Assembly (NCBI GenBank): GCA_903944345.1
Contig: CAJARJ010000018.1
Location: forward strand, 45,933 to 109,932
Direction: 5' to 3'
Source of the DNA: Candidatus Omnitrophota bacterium
GTDB lineage: Bacteria > Omnitrophota > Gorgyraeia > Zapsychrales > Fredricksoniimonadaceae
DNA length: 64,000 bases
Positions 20,579 to 31,010 of this stretch are shown piece by piece (position 1 is the first letter of the stretch; each line of letters begins with the position of its first letter). A program made the position numbers and the translations under genes. A model generated the notes under the pieces. The model searched no databases. It was not told the DNA's origin and saw only the letters and a list, made by a program, of their open reading frames with translations.

Positions 20579-21589
20579 TCAGGAAGCGGAAGCCCCTCTG
20601 CCGACACTCTTCAGGCTGTGTCCGGCATCCTGGGCTATCGAGCGCCCCAGCGAAGCCACCATCCCGGAAATACACAAAGCACAATCTGCGGGCTTGTCCT
20701 GGATACATATTTTGCCCGGATAAAGCTGATAATGCTCCCGATAACGCGTCGGAGTGACATTCGGCATAAGAACATTGGCCCCGCAACGCAAAGCCCGCTG
20801 GCGACCCTGCTTGTCAATGGACCCCATGGCCGTCGTTGCCGGAATATGTGTGTTACGCGTGACCAGACGAATCAAGGCCACAGCTCTGAGTGTCATGTCC
20901 AGCGTACCACTGACCGCCCCCTCCAACGGAGTCTGGGGATTGGGAATAAACGGCCCGATCCCGATCATATCAAGATCCAGAATTTTCATCAACATAATGT
21001 CGTCGGCAATCATCTCCGGAGTCTGACCGGGCAACCCCACCATAATACCCGATCCAACCTGAAAGCCCAGTTCCTTGAGCCAGAGCAGACATTGCATCCG
21101 CTCGTCAAACGAAGAGTCTGGCTTCAGCTCGGCAAACAACCGGCTTGAGGAAGTTTCGAAACGCAACAGATACCGGTCGGCTCCCGCCGCCTTGAGGCTG
21201 GCGTATTCCTCGCGAGTTTTCTCACCAATCGAAAGGGTAATGGCCACCTTGAGCTCACGCTTTATGCGCTCCAACAGGCGACAAACATCTGCCACCGGAT
21301 AAGCGGAACTCTCTCCTGACTGCAGCACCAGGCTTTTATACCCGAGTCGCGCGGCATTGGCCGCAGTTTCGTAAATCTCGTCGATACTCATACTGTAACG
21401 TTCAACAGCACGGTTGCTGCGCCGCAATCCGCAATAAAAACAGTCTCTGCCGCAAACATTGGAGAATTCAATAAGGCCGCGCAAATGCACAGCATCCCCT
21501 ACCTGCTCGCGCCGGACACGATCAGCCTCGGCAAAAATATCCTGCACATCAGGCCTCGTCAGGCCGTCTACAATCTGTGCGTAGGTCAT
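20579..21589 (-). CDS. hydE: [FeFe]-hydrogenase maturase HydE (radical SAM, BioB-like)
   Basis: LRGLIEFSNVCGRDCFYCGLRRSN CX3CX2C motif and BioB-like fold, located in the hydG/hydF/hnd context. Confidence 0.8.
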   Translation of the reverse strand: MTYAQIVDGLTRPDVQDIFAEADRVRREQVGDAVHLRGLIEFSNVCGRDCFYCGLRRSNRAVERYSMSIDEIYETAANAARLGYKSLVLQSGESSAYPVADVCRLLERIKRELKVAITLSIGEKTREEYASLKAAGADRYLLRFETSSSRLFAELKPDSSFDERMQCLLWLKELGFQVGSGIMVGLPGQTPEMIADDIMLMKILDLDMIGIGPFIPNPQTPLEGAVSGTLDMTLRAVALIRLVTRNTHIPATTAMGSIDKQGRQRALRCGANVLMPNVTPTRYREHYQLYPGKICIQDKPADCALCISGMVASLGRSIAQDAGHSLKSVGRGASAS

Positions 21590-21594
21590 AGGCT

Positions 21595-21888
21595 TCAGGC
21601 ATCCCCCTTCCCCGCGTGTTTCTCGAATAGTTCCCGGATTTGCTCCCGGTCGATGTCTGATCCATTACCAGGATAGAACAACAAAGCCCACTCCGGGCTA
21701 AGAATAACTCTTTGCGGAGCATCAAACGATTCTTCCAGCGGCAAACGCCCCGCGGCATAAGACCAGCGCTGACCGGCAATACGCACCAGGTGCACCGGCC
21801 CGCCGGTCTCGGACTCAAGCATTGACTCCAATTGCTCAAAAGCCTGCATCATGTTGACATTCACATAACCTCCCTCGCCATCCGGCAT
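21595..21888 (-). CDS. Hypothetical 97-aa protein between hydG and hydE (uncertain)
   Basis: Non-overlapping ORF that exactly fills the hydG-hydE gap (ends 6 nt before the hydE start) with protein-like composition. No convincing RBS and no recognisable motif. Confidence 0.3.
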   Translation of the reverse strand: MPDGEGGYVNVNMMQAFEQLESMLESETGGPVHLVRIAGQRWSYAAGRLPLEESFDAPQRVILSPEWALLFYPGNGSDIDREQIRELFEKHAGKGDA

Positions 21889-21925
21889 TTTAATACCGGG
21901 GCGTATCCATTTGCATGCCCTTCGC

Positions 21926-23494
21926 TTACAAGTAAAGATCCCGCTCCCCTGTCTTGATTCTGCGGTGATAATCCATAAAAATATCCAGTGCCTTGGGATT
22001 CTTTTCCTTGATCTGGGCTATCTCTTTGTCGATCAAAGGCTCTCCGGCCTTACGGGCTTCTTCGCTGCCAAAATCATCCAGCCATTCCTGAAAAGTCAGT
22101 ACGGCGTTAAGTTTACAAAACTTTCCTTCGGTGCCGCTGCGCAAAAGATCCATAATACATTTTCCGGTGCGCCCGCAGCGATAGCCCGCCGTACAAAAAG
22201 AAGTAATATGCCCCATCCGGGCCAAATCACGGATAAGCTCATCCAGCGATCGGGTATCTCCAAGAATAAACTGCTGGCGGTCTTCCTTCTGAACTGTCAC
22301 CGCGTCCGTCGTCCCGCCGGAATAGGAACCGATCGCAATACGGCTTGAGGCGTCCATCTGGGTAATACCCATGCGAACGGCCTCATCACGGATATCGGCT
22401 CGTTCGCGGGCGGTAATGATCATGCCGGTATAAGGAACCGCCAGACGGATAATCAGCATGATTTTCTTGAAATCCTCGTCATTCACCAGATAAGGCCAGT
22501 CTGCGGGTATCGCAGAATTCAAGGCAGGCACCAGCCGAGGGAAAGAAATCGTATGGGCCCCGATACCCAGACGTTTTTCCAGCTCCTGGGTGTGATACAC
22601 CAGCGACATGAGTTCAAATCGCCAGTCGTAAAGACCGAAAAGCACTCCGATCCCGACATCATCGATCCCCGCCTCCAGAGCTCGATGCATGCAATACAGT
22701 CGCCAGTTATAATTGCCCTTGAGAGTCCCGGCAGGATGCATGCGCGCGTATGTTTCCTTATGGTAAGTTTCCTGGAACACCTGATAAGTTCCGATACCAG
22801 CTTCATTGATGCGGCGCAAGTCTTCCACACAGAACGGCGGCGCATTGACGTTAACCCGACGGATAGACCCGTGTCCATTCCGTGTCTTGACCCGGACGGA
22901 ATAAATTGTTTTCAGGCTCTCGATAATATAGTCCACATCATTCTTCGGGTGCTCCCCGTAAACCACAATCAGGCGTTTGTGACCGATCTCGCCAGCCAAA
23001 ACAGAGATTTCCCGGCGTATTTCATCAGGTGAAAGCACCTTGCGCTGCGCGTCGCAATTGTCGTTATTAAACCCGCAATAGGAACAGCGGTTCACGCAAT
23101 AATTTCCCAGATAGAACGGGGCAAAGGTCACGATCCGGTTATCGTAGATCTTGAGTTTGATCCTGAGAGCGGTATCCCGCATTTCTTCCAGCATCCCGGG
23201 ATCACGGACATTGATCAGAACCGCAACCTGCTCGGGAGACAGATCCTTGATTGCCATCGATTGAGCCAGGATTTCCCTGACCTGACGGGGATCCGGCTCT
23301 TTGGGCGCCTCCGCCAACTGGCGCTCGATCAGAACATCGTCAATGAAATCGCGTCCGTGATCCATATATTTGACAATCTCGTCATTCTTGATCCGGCGGC
23401 TCATCCAGGATGAGGTATTTGTCTCTTCCGTCAACATAGCTGTTCTCCTTTTCGGGAATCCGTATGGATCATCCCTTGTTAAGCTCTTGCTCAA
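21926..23494 (-). CDS. hydG: [FeFe]-hydrogenase maturase HydG (radical SAM tyrosine lyase, ThiH-like)
   Basis: NYCVNRCSYCGFN radical SAM motif plus a C-terminal auxiliary-cluster domain (SFCTAGYRCGRTGKC). 522 aa. Confidence 0.85.
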   Translation of the reverse strand: MSKSLTRDDPYGFPKRRTAMLTEETNTSSWMSRRIKNDEIVKYMDHGRDFIDDVLIERQLAEAPKEPDPRQVREILAQSMAIKDLSPEQVAVLINVRDPGMLEEMRDTALRIKLKIYDNRIVTFAPFYLGNYCVNRCSYCGFNNDNCDAQRKVLSPDEIRREISVLAGEIGHKRLIVVYGEHPKNDVDYIIESLKTIYSVRVKTRNGHGSIRRVNVNAPPFCVEDLRRINEAGIGTYQVFQETYHKETYARMHPAGTLKGNYNWRLYCMHRALEAGIDDVGIGVLFGLYDWRFELMSLVYHTQELEKRLGIGAHTISFPRLVPALNSAIPADWPYLVNDEDFKKIMLIIRLAVPYTGMIITARERADIRDEAVRMGITQMDASSRIAIGSYSGGTTDAVTVQKEDRQQFILGDTRSLDELIRDLARMGHITSFCTAGYRCGRTGKCIMDLLRSGTEGKFCKLNAVLTFQEWLDDFGSEEARKAGEPLIDKEIAQIKEKNPKALDIFMDYHRRIKTGERDLYL

Positions 23495-24716
23495 AAGCTT
23501 CCAGTGCCGCCGGAAATGGCGACAAAGCTCTCCTTAAAACTCCCTGCACCAGAGAAATTGCAACGCCGTAATTCGTTACCGGAACGCCCATCCCCCTGGC
23601 CTGCTGCAAACGAAAAAGTGTTTCGCCCCGCGTCAACATGCATGAACCGCAATGAATCACCAGCTTGTACCTGGCCAGATCCTGCGGATAATCCCGCCCG
23701 GCACAATGTTCGACCACAAGATCCCCTCCGACATGCTGACGCAGCCAGCGCGGAATCTTGACCCGTCCGATATCATCCTCAAGGGCATGATGCGAACAGC
23801 TTTCGGCCACCAGAACCCGGTCGCCGGGAACAAGCTTGTCAATCGCGGCCGCCCCGCGCGCCAGCTCAACCAGATCTCCCTTGAAGCGGGCAAAAAGAAC
23901 CGAGAACGTAGTGCACTTGACCTCCCGGGGCGTATCGGCGACAGTTTTCATAACCACCTGCGAATCGCAAACCACCAGATCAGGCGGGCGGCGTAAATTA
24001 GCCAGGCAAGCGGCATACTCGCGATCCTTGACCACAACAGCAACCGCGTCATTATCCAGTAAATCCCGGATGGCCTGGACCTGCGGCACAATAAGCCGGC
24101 CCTTGGGGGCTTCCAGGTCAATAGGAACCACCAGCACTACCGTTCCTCCCGCCGGAACCAGATCACCCAGCAATGAAAGCGGCTGGAGAAAATCCTGCGG
24201 ACAAACCTCCAGCAAATATGCTTTTAAACGATTTAACCAGACCTCTCTGTTTTCCCTGCGAATGCTCGACACCTCCACAACCCTCGGGGTCAAACCAGCA
24301 AGCCTGGCCATAAAAGCAGGCGAGGCAGGAGCAATATCCGTCTTGTTCACGATGACAATAAACGGCTTTTTCTTTTCCTGCAAAACGGCCAGCAACTCGT
24401 CCTCTGACGCACCCCACACCTCAGGCTCGACAACCACAAGCGAGATATCCGCACGGTTCATGGCCCTTCGGGCCCGCTCAATACGCCGATCGGCCAGCTC
24501 CGACACATCATCCAGTCCCGCCGTATCCAGAAAGACCACCGGCCCCAGAGGCGGCAGTTCCATGGTCTTTTCGACCACATCCGTGGTTGTGCCCGGAACG
24601 GGGGAGGTAATAGAAACATCCTGTCCGGCCAGCATATTAAGAAAACTGGACTTGCCGACATTCGCCCGGCCAAAAATGCCGATCTGTAAACGTAATGACT
24701 TAGGTTGCGCCTGCAT
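23469..24716 (-). CDS. hydF: [FeFe]-hydrogenase maturation GTPase HydF
   Basis: N-terminal GTPase (GIFGRANVGKSSFLN, DTAG, NKTD) and a C-terminal HydF cluster-binding domain (CxH...HC). Confidence 0.85.
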   Translation of the reverse strand: MQAQPKSLRLQIGIFGRANVGKSSFLNMLAGQDVSITSPVPGTTTDVVEKTMELPPLGPVVFLDTAGLDDVSELADRRIERARRAMNRADISLVVVEPEVWGASEDELLAVLQEKKKPFIVIVNKTDIAPASPAFMARLAGLTPRVVEVSSIRRENREVWLNRLKAYLLEVCPQDFLQPLSLLGDLVPAGGTVVLVVPIDLEAPKGRLIVPQVQAIRDLLDNDAVAVVVKDREYAACLANLRRPPDLVVCDSQVVMKTVADTPREVKCTTFSVLFARFKGDLVELARGAAAIDKLVPGDRVLVAESCSHHALEDDIGRVKIPRWLRQHVGGDLVVEHCAGRDYPQDLARYKLVIHCGSCMLTRGETLFRLQQARGMGVPVTNYGVAISLVQGVLRRALSPFPAALEAFEQELNKG

Positions 24717-24719
24717 TTT

Positions 24720-25340
24720 TTATTCTCCCTGATTACGGAAACCGGACAAATTGTTCCGGAACAGAAATCTGAAAACCATATACGACAAAGGCACGATCAC
24801 CGCCCAGGACAACAGAACGCTCGTTAGAAAATAACGCAAATACCCGCCGCCGGGATCATCCGCATCACAAGGAAAGAAGACGCAATTGACATTCTTGAAA
24901 GCCGGGGTCAGCAGAAACGTTCCGACCATAAGAACCGCCCCGCAGGCAACCGCCCAGACAAGCGAGCGGCGGTCAAAGCCAAGGCGTGTAACTCCCCAAA
25001 AGGAAACCGGAATAACAAAAGTATGAATCACCGCCGACCCCCAGTAAATCAGCGGGCCGCAAGGCTCCAGCATGGCAGTACGCCCCATCCCCCGTCCAAA
25101 AAATTCCAGCACAAAATCCAGGGCCCACAATGACTGGGCTGGAACCGAAAGAACCAGACAAACACTCAAAAACAAGGCCGAACGCCGGAACAATGCATAC
25201 GCGAGCAACAGCGTTATCAAGGGACAAAACCAGAAAACCTCCGTCCAATCCCCCCAGTTGGCAAAAATATCCATAATAACCAGAAATACGCTCAAGGCGG
25301 CCAGCCGCCGGAAAGATATGCCGGAAGAACGCTTTCTCAC
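24720..25340 (-). CDS. Polytopic membrane protein of unknown function (hyd cluster)
   Basis: 206 aa with 5-6 hydrophobic helices. Translationally coupled: 4-nt overlap with the aspartase-like gene and a 3-nt gap to hydF. Confidence 0.45.
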   Translation of the reverse strand: MRKRSSGISFRRLAALSVFLVIMDIFANWGDWTEVFWFCPLITLLLAYALFRRSALFLSVCLVLSVPAQSLWALDFVLEFFGRGMGRTAMLEPCGPLIYWGSAVIHTFVIPVSFWGVTRLGFDRRSLVWAVACGAVLMVGTFLLTPAFKNVNCVFFPCDADDPGGGYLRYFLTSVLLSWAVIVPLSYMVFRFLFRNNLSGFRNQGE

Positions 25341-26713
25341 TTTTTATACCCCAGAGCTGTCAGATTATGGGGAGCGAGCACCTTGTCAACCAGCTCACCG
25401 CCCAGACGTTCCGTCAGAAAAACCCTTAAATCCGCGCGCCCGCAGGAATCAAACTCTTTTAACAGATCCCTGGCTTTCTCGTAACCGATAGCCGGAACAA
25501 ACGCGGTTACAATCATCCGGCTCCGGTCGAAATATTCCCGGCACCCGGAAGCATTGGCCTCTATCTGATCCACATGACGGGCAAGAATACGGCTGGCATT
25601 GATCAAAAGCTCCAGTGAATCAAGCAGAGCCCCCGCCAGAAGCGGAAGAAATTCATTGATCTGGAAACTCCCCCGCGAAGCGCTTTCGGTAACAAGAAAG
25701 TCATTGGCCATGACCTGCAGTCCGGCCTGGATAACCGCCTCGGGAATGACCGGATTAACCTTACCCGGCATGATCGAGGAACCGGCCTGCAAAGCCGCAA
25801 GGCGCAACTCCCCCAAATAATTAAGGTGGCGCAAATCATTGCCTATTTTGACCAGATTGGATGCCAGCGCCTTGAGAATTCCGGACACTTCGACAAAAAC
25901 ATCTGCGTTAGCCGTTTCTCCGGCGGGAAGCTCTCCGCGCGACAAGCCAAACCCGGTCAGGGCACGCAATTTCTCGATAACCAGAAAAATATATTCACGC
26001 GGAGCACCCAGTCCGGTTCCGATAGCCGTCCCCCCAAGATTGACAACCCGAAGACGTTCCTCGCATTTGAACGTACGCCAGCGGTCTCTGGCAAACGCTT
26101 CTGCCCAGACCGCACATTCCAGCCCGAGTGTCATGGGCACGGCATCCTGCAACTCAGTCCTTCCAATCTTGACAATCGAAGCAAACTCATTTTCCTTGCG
26201 CTGGAATGCCCCCTGCAAAAGAGCGACCGACTCGCTCAACAGTCTTAACTGTCCAATGGCCGCAACCTTGAGCGCTGTCGGATAAACATCGTTCGTTGAC
26301 TGATGCAGATTGACATGTTCCAAAGGATGAATCCTGTCGTAAGCCCCGCGAGAAAAGCCAGAGAGCTCCAGTGCGCGGTTGGCCAGAACTTCGTTCATAT
26401 TCATATTCGTCGATGTGCCTGCGCCTCCCTGCAAAAGGTCAACCGGAAACTGATCGGCAAGCGCCCCTTCAGCCACTTCCCGGCAGGCGCCAACAATCAC
26501 CCCGGCCTTATCTGCAGGCAGAAAGCCCAGATCAGCATTAGCCTCGGCACAGGCCTGCTTGACCTGGGCCATTGCCATAATAAGCACCCGCGGCACCTTG
26601 CGGGCAGAAAGCGGAAAGTTCTCCAGCGCGCGCAGGGTATGAATTCCCCAATACACTTGCGCGGGGACATCCCGCTCTCCCAGCGAATCTTTTTCACGAC
26701 GAACAGAATCCAT
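25337..26713 (-). CDS. aspA: Aspartate ammonia-lyase (fumarate lyase superfamily) embedded in the hyd cluster
   Basis: GSSIMPGKVNP fumarate-lyase signature. N-terminus MDSVRREKDSLGERDVPAQVYWGIHTLRALENF resembles AspA. Confidence 0.75.
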   Translation of the reverse strand: MDSVRREKDSLGERDVPAQVYWGIHTLRALENFPLSARKVPRVLIMAMAQVKQACAEANADLGFLPADKAGVIVGACREVAEGALADQFPVDLLQGGAGTSTNMNMNEVLANRALELSGFSRGAYDRIHPLEHVNLHQSTNDVYPTALKVAAIGQLRLLSESVALLQGAFQRKENEFASIVKIGRTELQDAVPMTLGLECAVWAEAFARDRWRTFKCEERLRVVNLGGTAIGTGLGAPREYIFLVIEKLRALTGFGLSRGELPAGETANADVFVEVSGILKALASNLVKIGNDLRHLNYLGELRLAALQAGSSIMPGKVNPVIPEAVIQAGLQVMANDFLVTESASRGSFQINEFLPLLAGALLDSLELLINASRILARHVDQIEANASGCREYFDRSRMIVTAFVPAIGYEKARDLLKEFDSCGRADLRVFLTERLGGELVDKVLAPHNLTALGYKK

Positions 26714-26716
26714 CTC

Positions 26717-26965
26717 CTACTCCTTAGCCAACGCCGAACGGACCGTGACACTGTCCACCGCGCCCAATTTTCCGGTGAGAGCACCAAGCTGATCGGAAGT
26801 CATATCAACCGTCAGGGTGATCACCCAGCACTGGCGGTCACGATAAGGAAGTCCGACTCGGGCAATAATATCTTCGCCATAATCCATCAGGATACGGTTG
26901 ACGACCTGAGCCGACTTCTTGCGGTCTTCAATAATAATTCCAACAAAACCCAGCCGCTTGCTCAT
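26717..26965 (-). CDS. Putative iron-only hydrogenase system regulator (TM1266-like small ACT/NikR-C-like protein)
   Basis: 82 aa, VGIIIEDRKKSAQVVNRILMDYGEDIIARVGLPY...VITLTVDMTSDQLGALTGKLGAVDSV. Strong AAGGAGG RBS. Positioned between hndD and the aspA/hydF genes. Confidence 0.55.
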   Translation of the reverse strand: MSKRLGFVGIIIEDRKKSAQVVNRILMDYGEDIIARVGLPYRDRQCWVITLTVDMTSDQLGALTGKLGAVDSVTVRSALAKE

Positions 26966-26980
26966 TCATTCCTCCTTGTT

Positions 26981-27017
26981 AATAAAAAAACCCGTCCCGG
27001 CACAAAGCCGGGACGGG
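26981..27017 (-). terminator. Rho-independent terminator of the hndABCD operon
   Basis: CCCGTCCCGGC-acaaa-GCCGGGACGGG is a perfect 11-bp stem, followed on the minus strand by TTTTTTTT. Confidence 0.7.
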
Positions 27018-27096
27018 AATAATTGATCGCTCCCAATCCCTGACTTCAGGAACTTGCGTTCCCTGGCTGCGGGTTTTTGAAAACTATACCAGATCG

Positions 27097-28857
27097 TTAC
27101 TTGTTATACAAGGGCCGTGATACATACGTTGTGTGCAAAAGCTCATGCGCCTTATGACTCAACGGCTTCTCCAGAAAATCCTTGTACAACTGCTGTACAT
27201 ACGGATTGTGATGCGAACAACGCACCGTCATAGCCGAATCTTCGTCATAAAGCCCCTTGGCGCGCTGCTGACGGATTTCATCGGTCACCATGTAAGGCTG
27301 TCCGCCGCCGCCCACACACCCGCCGGGGCAAGCCATAACTTCAATAAAGTGATACGGCACAGGCTGTTTCTTCTCGATCGCCTCGCGCACCTTGTTCATG
27401 ACATGCTTGACATTGGCCAGGCCATGCGCCACCGCAATCTTGACCTCGGTTCCCTTGATATTGACCGTCGTCTCCTTGACCCCCTCCAAACCGCGCACAG
27501 CGTAGAAATTAACATCCGCCAGATCTTCTCCGGTCACATTAAAGTAAGCCGTACGCAGAGCCGCTTCCATAACACCTCCGGTTGCGCCGAAAATTGTTCC
27601 GGCACCGGCATAATCACCCAGAATCGAATCCGCCTCTTCATCGGGCAAAGAGTTAAAATCGATGCCGGCGTGTTTGAGCATACGGATCAATTCGCGGGTG
27701 GTCAAAGATATATCCACATCCTGGTATCCGGAAGCGAACATATCCTTTGTGCGGCCAATCTCATACTTCTTGGCGGTACAAGGCATGACCGAAACAACAA
27801 CTATTTTGGAAGGATCTATATTCTGCTTGCCGGCATAGTAGGTCTTGGCCAGAACGCCAACCATTTCGTGAGGGCTCTTGGCAGAAGAAAAATGCTGGAT
27901 CATGTCGCCATAATACTTTTCAAGATAATCCACCCAGGCCGGACAGCAACTGGTAATAAGAGGCAATGCCCCCTTGCCATGGGCAAAGCGCTCCACAAAT
28001 TCGCCGGCTTCTTCAAGAATGGTCAAATCCGCACCGAAGTTGGTATCAAAAACCGCCTTGAACCCCAGGCGACGGAAGGCAGCATAAAGCTTTCTGGTCA
28101 GATTTGTTCCGACCGGATAACCAAAACCCTCCCCGACCGCCACACGAACCGCAGGCGCGACCTGAACCACCACAACCTTCTCCGGGTCCTGCAATGCATC
28201 CCATACCTTGCGGGTATCATCATGCTCAAAAATCGCACCTGTCGGACAATGCGCCGAGCACTGCCCGCAACGCACACAGGGAGAATCCGCCAGCTTGATG
28301 TCGCCGGCAGGAGCCATGCGCGTATTAAAACCGCGATCCATGAAAGAAAGAGCCCAAACATCCTGTACGTTCTGGCAAGCATCAATACAACGCCCGCACT
28401 TGATACATTTTTTGGGTTCCAGAATAAGGGTTCCGGTCGACTTGTCTGCCGGAATTTCCGGGACAATACGCTCAAAACGATCTTCACGAATACCAAATTC
28501 GGCGGCCAGTTTCTGCAATTCGCAATCATTGTTGCGTCCACAAATCAGGCAGTCCGTAGGGTGATTGGATAAAATCAGCTCCAGAACAGTCAGACGGGTC
28601 TGGACGATCTCGGAATCATGAGTGGTGACTTCCATCTTGTCTTCCAGGGGCGTACAACAGGCCCGCAGGAGTTTACGATTCCCCTTGACCTTGACAATGC
28701 AGATGCCACAGCCCGCCGAAGCAGTCAAATCGGGATGCTTGCATAAGGTCGGAATCTTGACCTGCACCAGCTTGGCGGCTTCCAGGATGGTTGTTCCATA
28801 AGCAACTTCCACCGGCTTGCCGTTAATGAGCGCTTTAACCATAGTAACGGTAGACAT
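27097..28857 (-). CDS. hndD: [FeFe] hydrogenase catalytic subunit (HndD/HydA; NuoG-like N-terminus + H-cluster domain)
   Basis: N-terminal 2Fe-2S and 4Fe-4S Cys motifs. H-cluster signatures TSCCPAWV, MPCTAKKYE and EVMACPGGCVGGGGQP. Start refined to 28857 (MSTVTMVKALINGKPVEV). Confidence 0.9.
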   Translation of the reverse strand: MSTVTMVKALINGKPVEVAYGTTILEAAKLVQVKIPTLCKHPDLTASAGCGICIVKVKGNRKLLRACCTPLEDKMEVTTHDSEIVQTRLTVLELILSNHPTDCLICGRNNDCELQKLAAEFGIREDRFERIVPEIPADKSTGTLILEPKKCIKCGRCIDACQNVQDVWALSFMDRGFNTRMAPAGDIKLADSPCVRCGQCSAHCPTGAIFEHDDTRKVWDALQDPEKVVVVQVAPAVRVAVGEGFGYPVGTNLTRKLYAAFRRLGFKAVFDTNFGADLTILEEAGEFVERFAHGKGALPLITSCCPAWVDYLEKYYGDMIQHFSSAKSPHEMVGVLAKTYYAGKQNIDPSKIVVVSVMPCTAKKYEIGRTKDMFASGYQDVDISLTTRELIRMLKHAGIDFNSLPDEEADSILGDYAGAGTIFGATGGVMEAALRTAYFNVTGEDLADVNFYAVRGLEGVKETTVNIKGTEVKIAVAHGLANVKHVMNKVREAIEKKQPVPYHFIEVMACPGGCVGGGGQPYMVTDEIRQQRAKGLYDEDSAMTVRCSHHNPYVQQLYKDFLEKPLSHKAHELLHTTYVSRPLYNK

Positions 28858-28870
28858 GAATAGCTCCTTG

Positions 28871-30604
28871 TTATTGACGAGAAACTGCAGTGAACTTGCA
28901 AACGTCAAAGCACTGCCCGCAGCTGATACACTTTACGGCATCGATCGTATACTTGTCCTGCCGGCTTCCGGAAATCGCATCCGCCGGGCAAACCCGGGCG
29001 CACATGCCACAGCCGGTGCATTTCTCCCGGGTGATCCGGTAAGAAACCAGGCTGGAACACTTGCCCGCAGGGCACTTGTGATCGATAACGTGCGCGCGAT
29101 ATTCGGACATGAAATACTTCAACGTCGACAAAACAGGATTGGGAGCTGTCTGCCCCAACCCGCACAAGGATGCTTTCTGCATGGCCTGGGCGATCTGTGA
29201 AAGACGGGCGAGATCCTCTTCCTCCGCCTTGCCGTGAGAAATCTTTTTAAGAATAGCCAGCATCTGGGTGCCTCCCACGCGGCAAGGAGCGCATTTCCCG
29301 CAAGACTCATCCACACAGAAGCCAAGATAAAACTTGGAAATATCCACCGCGCAATCGTTCTCGTCGAGTACAATCATGCCGCCGGAGCCCATGATAGACC
29401 CCAGTTTCTGGAGGCTTTCATAGCCCACCGGCGTGTCAAAAAACTGTTCAGGAATAACGCCGCCAGAAGGCCCCCCGGTTTGTATGGCCTTGATGGCGCG
29501 ATTGTCCAGAACCCCGCCGCCGATCTCGAACACGATGTCCCTTAAAGAAATGCCCATCGGAACCTCAACCAGGCCGGAATTGCGTACCTTGCCGGTCAGC
29601 GCGAAAACCTTGGTCCCGGTCGAACCCTCTACCCCGATCTTTCCGAAAGCTTCCCCGCCCTTGCAAAGAATATAGGAAACATTCGCCAGAGTCTCGACGT
29701 TGTTGATAACCGTCGGATTGCCCCACAATCCCTTGACCGAGGGAAAAGGCGGACGCGGACGCGGATAACCCCGTAAACCCTCGACGGAAGCAATAAGGGC
29801 CGTTTCTTCTCCGCACACAAAAGCGCCGGCTCCCAGACGGATTTCAATGTCAAAACTGAAAGAAGAGCCGAGGATATTTTTCCCCAGCAGTCCCCTGGAA
29901 TAACAAATATCAATCCCCTTCTGGATGCGCTCGACAGCCAGAGGATATTCGGCACGAATGTAGAAAAAACCCTTGGTGGCACCGATCGCAATCGCCCCGA
30001 TCATCATGCCTTCGATAACAGAATGCGGATCCCCTTCAAGAACCGAACGGTCCATGTATGCCCCGGGGTCGCCTTCGTCACCGTTACAGATGATGTATTT
30101 CTCGTTCCCCTGGACACCCCGGGTGATGTTCCACTTCATCCAGGTCGGGAAGCCCGCGCCACCACGTCCGCGTAAACCCGACTTCTTCATTTCCTCAACA
30201 ACTTTCTCCGGCCCCAATTCAAGCGCCCGGGCCAGCCCCTGATAGCCGTCATGGGCTATGTAATCTTCAAGGCTCTCCGGATCTATAACACCGCAATTGC
30301 GCAAAACAATTCGCATTTGACCAACGGAACCCTCACGGGCGATACCAGCGACTTGCTCGCCCTTAAGCAGGGTTTTCTCAATAATCTCGGGAATATGCTT
30401 CTGTTCAAGATTGACGTAAGTAAACCCTTCCGGCAAAACCTTGAGCGCTATCCCGCGGTTGTAAACCCCGATATCCGCCGCCATAAGCGTCTGAACTTCA
30501 GAGGACAACCCGCGATCACGCAGCTGACTGTTTAAGGACACCAGAAATTCCCGGGTCTCTTTCTTCAATTTTCCGTTTGTGTCCTGAATAAGAACTCTTT
30601 TCAT
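28871..30604 (-). CDS. hndC: NAD(P)-binding flavoprotein subunit of the hydrogenase (HndC/HydB, NuoF-like with extra Fe-S domains)
   Basis: GLRGRGGAGFPTWMKW FMN/NADH site, NuoF 4Fe-4S motif, and C-terminal 2x[4Fe-4S] ferredoxin CxxCxxCxxxCP motifs. Confidence 0.9.
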   Translation of the reverse strand: MKRVLIQDTNGKLKKETREFLVSLNSQLRDRGLSSEVQTLMAADIGVYNRGIALKVLPEGFTYVNLEQKHIPEIIEKTLLKGEQVAGIAREGSVGQMRIVLRNCGVIDPESLEDYIAHDGYQGLARALELGPEKVVEEMKKSGLRGRGGAGFPTWMKWNITRGVQGNEKYIICNGDEGDPGAYMDRSVLEGDPHSVIEGMMIGAIAIGATKGFFYIRAEYPLAVERIQKGIDICYSRGLLGKNILGSSFSFDIEIRLGAGAFVCGEETALIASVEGLRGYPRPRPPFPSVKGLWGNPTVINNVETLANVSYILCKGGEAFGKIGVEGSTGTKVFALTGKVRNSGLVEVPMGISLRDIVFEIGGGVLDNRAIKAIQTGGPSGGVIPEQFFDTPVGYESLQKLGSIMGSGGMIVLDENDCAVDISKFYLGFCVDESCGKCAPCRVGGTQMLAILKKISHGKAEEEDLARLSQIAQAMQKASLCGLGQTAPNPVLSTLKYFMSEYRAHVIDHKCPAGKCSSLVSYRITREKCTGCGMCARVCPADAISGSRQDKYTIDAVKCISCGQCFDVCKFTAVSRQ

Positions 30605-30659
30605 GCCCTTGTCCCCTGGTTGTGATTAAAGGTGCCACCTCGCGGATGTTCCGCGGGTT

Positions 30660-31001
30660 TCAGATCTCGTAAATATGCCCTTCGACCAGTCTTTTCTGAC
30701 ACACATGCTCGTCCATGATCTTGTGCGCGACATCCTTGTTGACCTTGCCGTAAATCACTCTGGGCGCACCCTCAACACTGACTTCAACCAGCGGTTCGGC
30801 AGAACACAACCCCAAACATCCGCATTTCTTGACCTGAAGTTCCAGCCCACGGGCCTTGACCTCGCCGGAGAGGACTTCAAGCACTTCCTTGGCGCCGGCC
30901 GCAATCCCGCAGGTAGAATACCCCACGCGGATCCAGTTCTTCGGCTGGCCAGCCAACGTCTTGTTCTTGATCGCCAAAAGGTCTTCTTTCGTCATCGCCA
31001 T
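30660..31001 (-). CDS. hndB: Small thioredoxin-like [2Fe-2S] ferredoxin subunit (HndB-like)
   Basis: 113 aa with Cys at STCGIAAGA and KKCGCLGLCSAEP, the Trx-like 2Fe-2S ferredoxin pattern. Confidence 0.7.
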   Translation of the reverse strand: MAMTKEDLLAIKNKTLAGQPKNWIRVGYSTCGIAAGAKEVLEVLSGEVKARGLELQVKKCGCLGLCSAEPLVEVSVEGAPRVIYGKVNKDVAHKIMDEHVCQKRLVEGHIYEI

Positions 31002-31010
31002 GCCGCCCCC

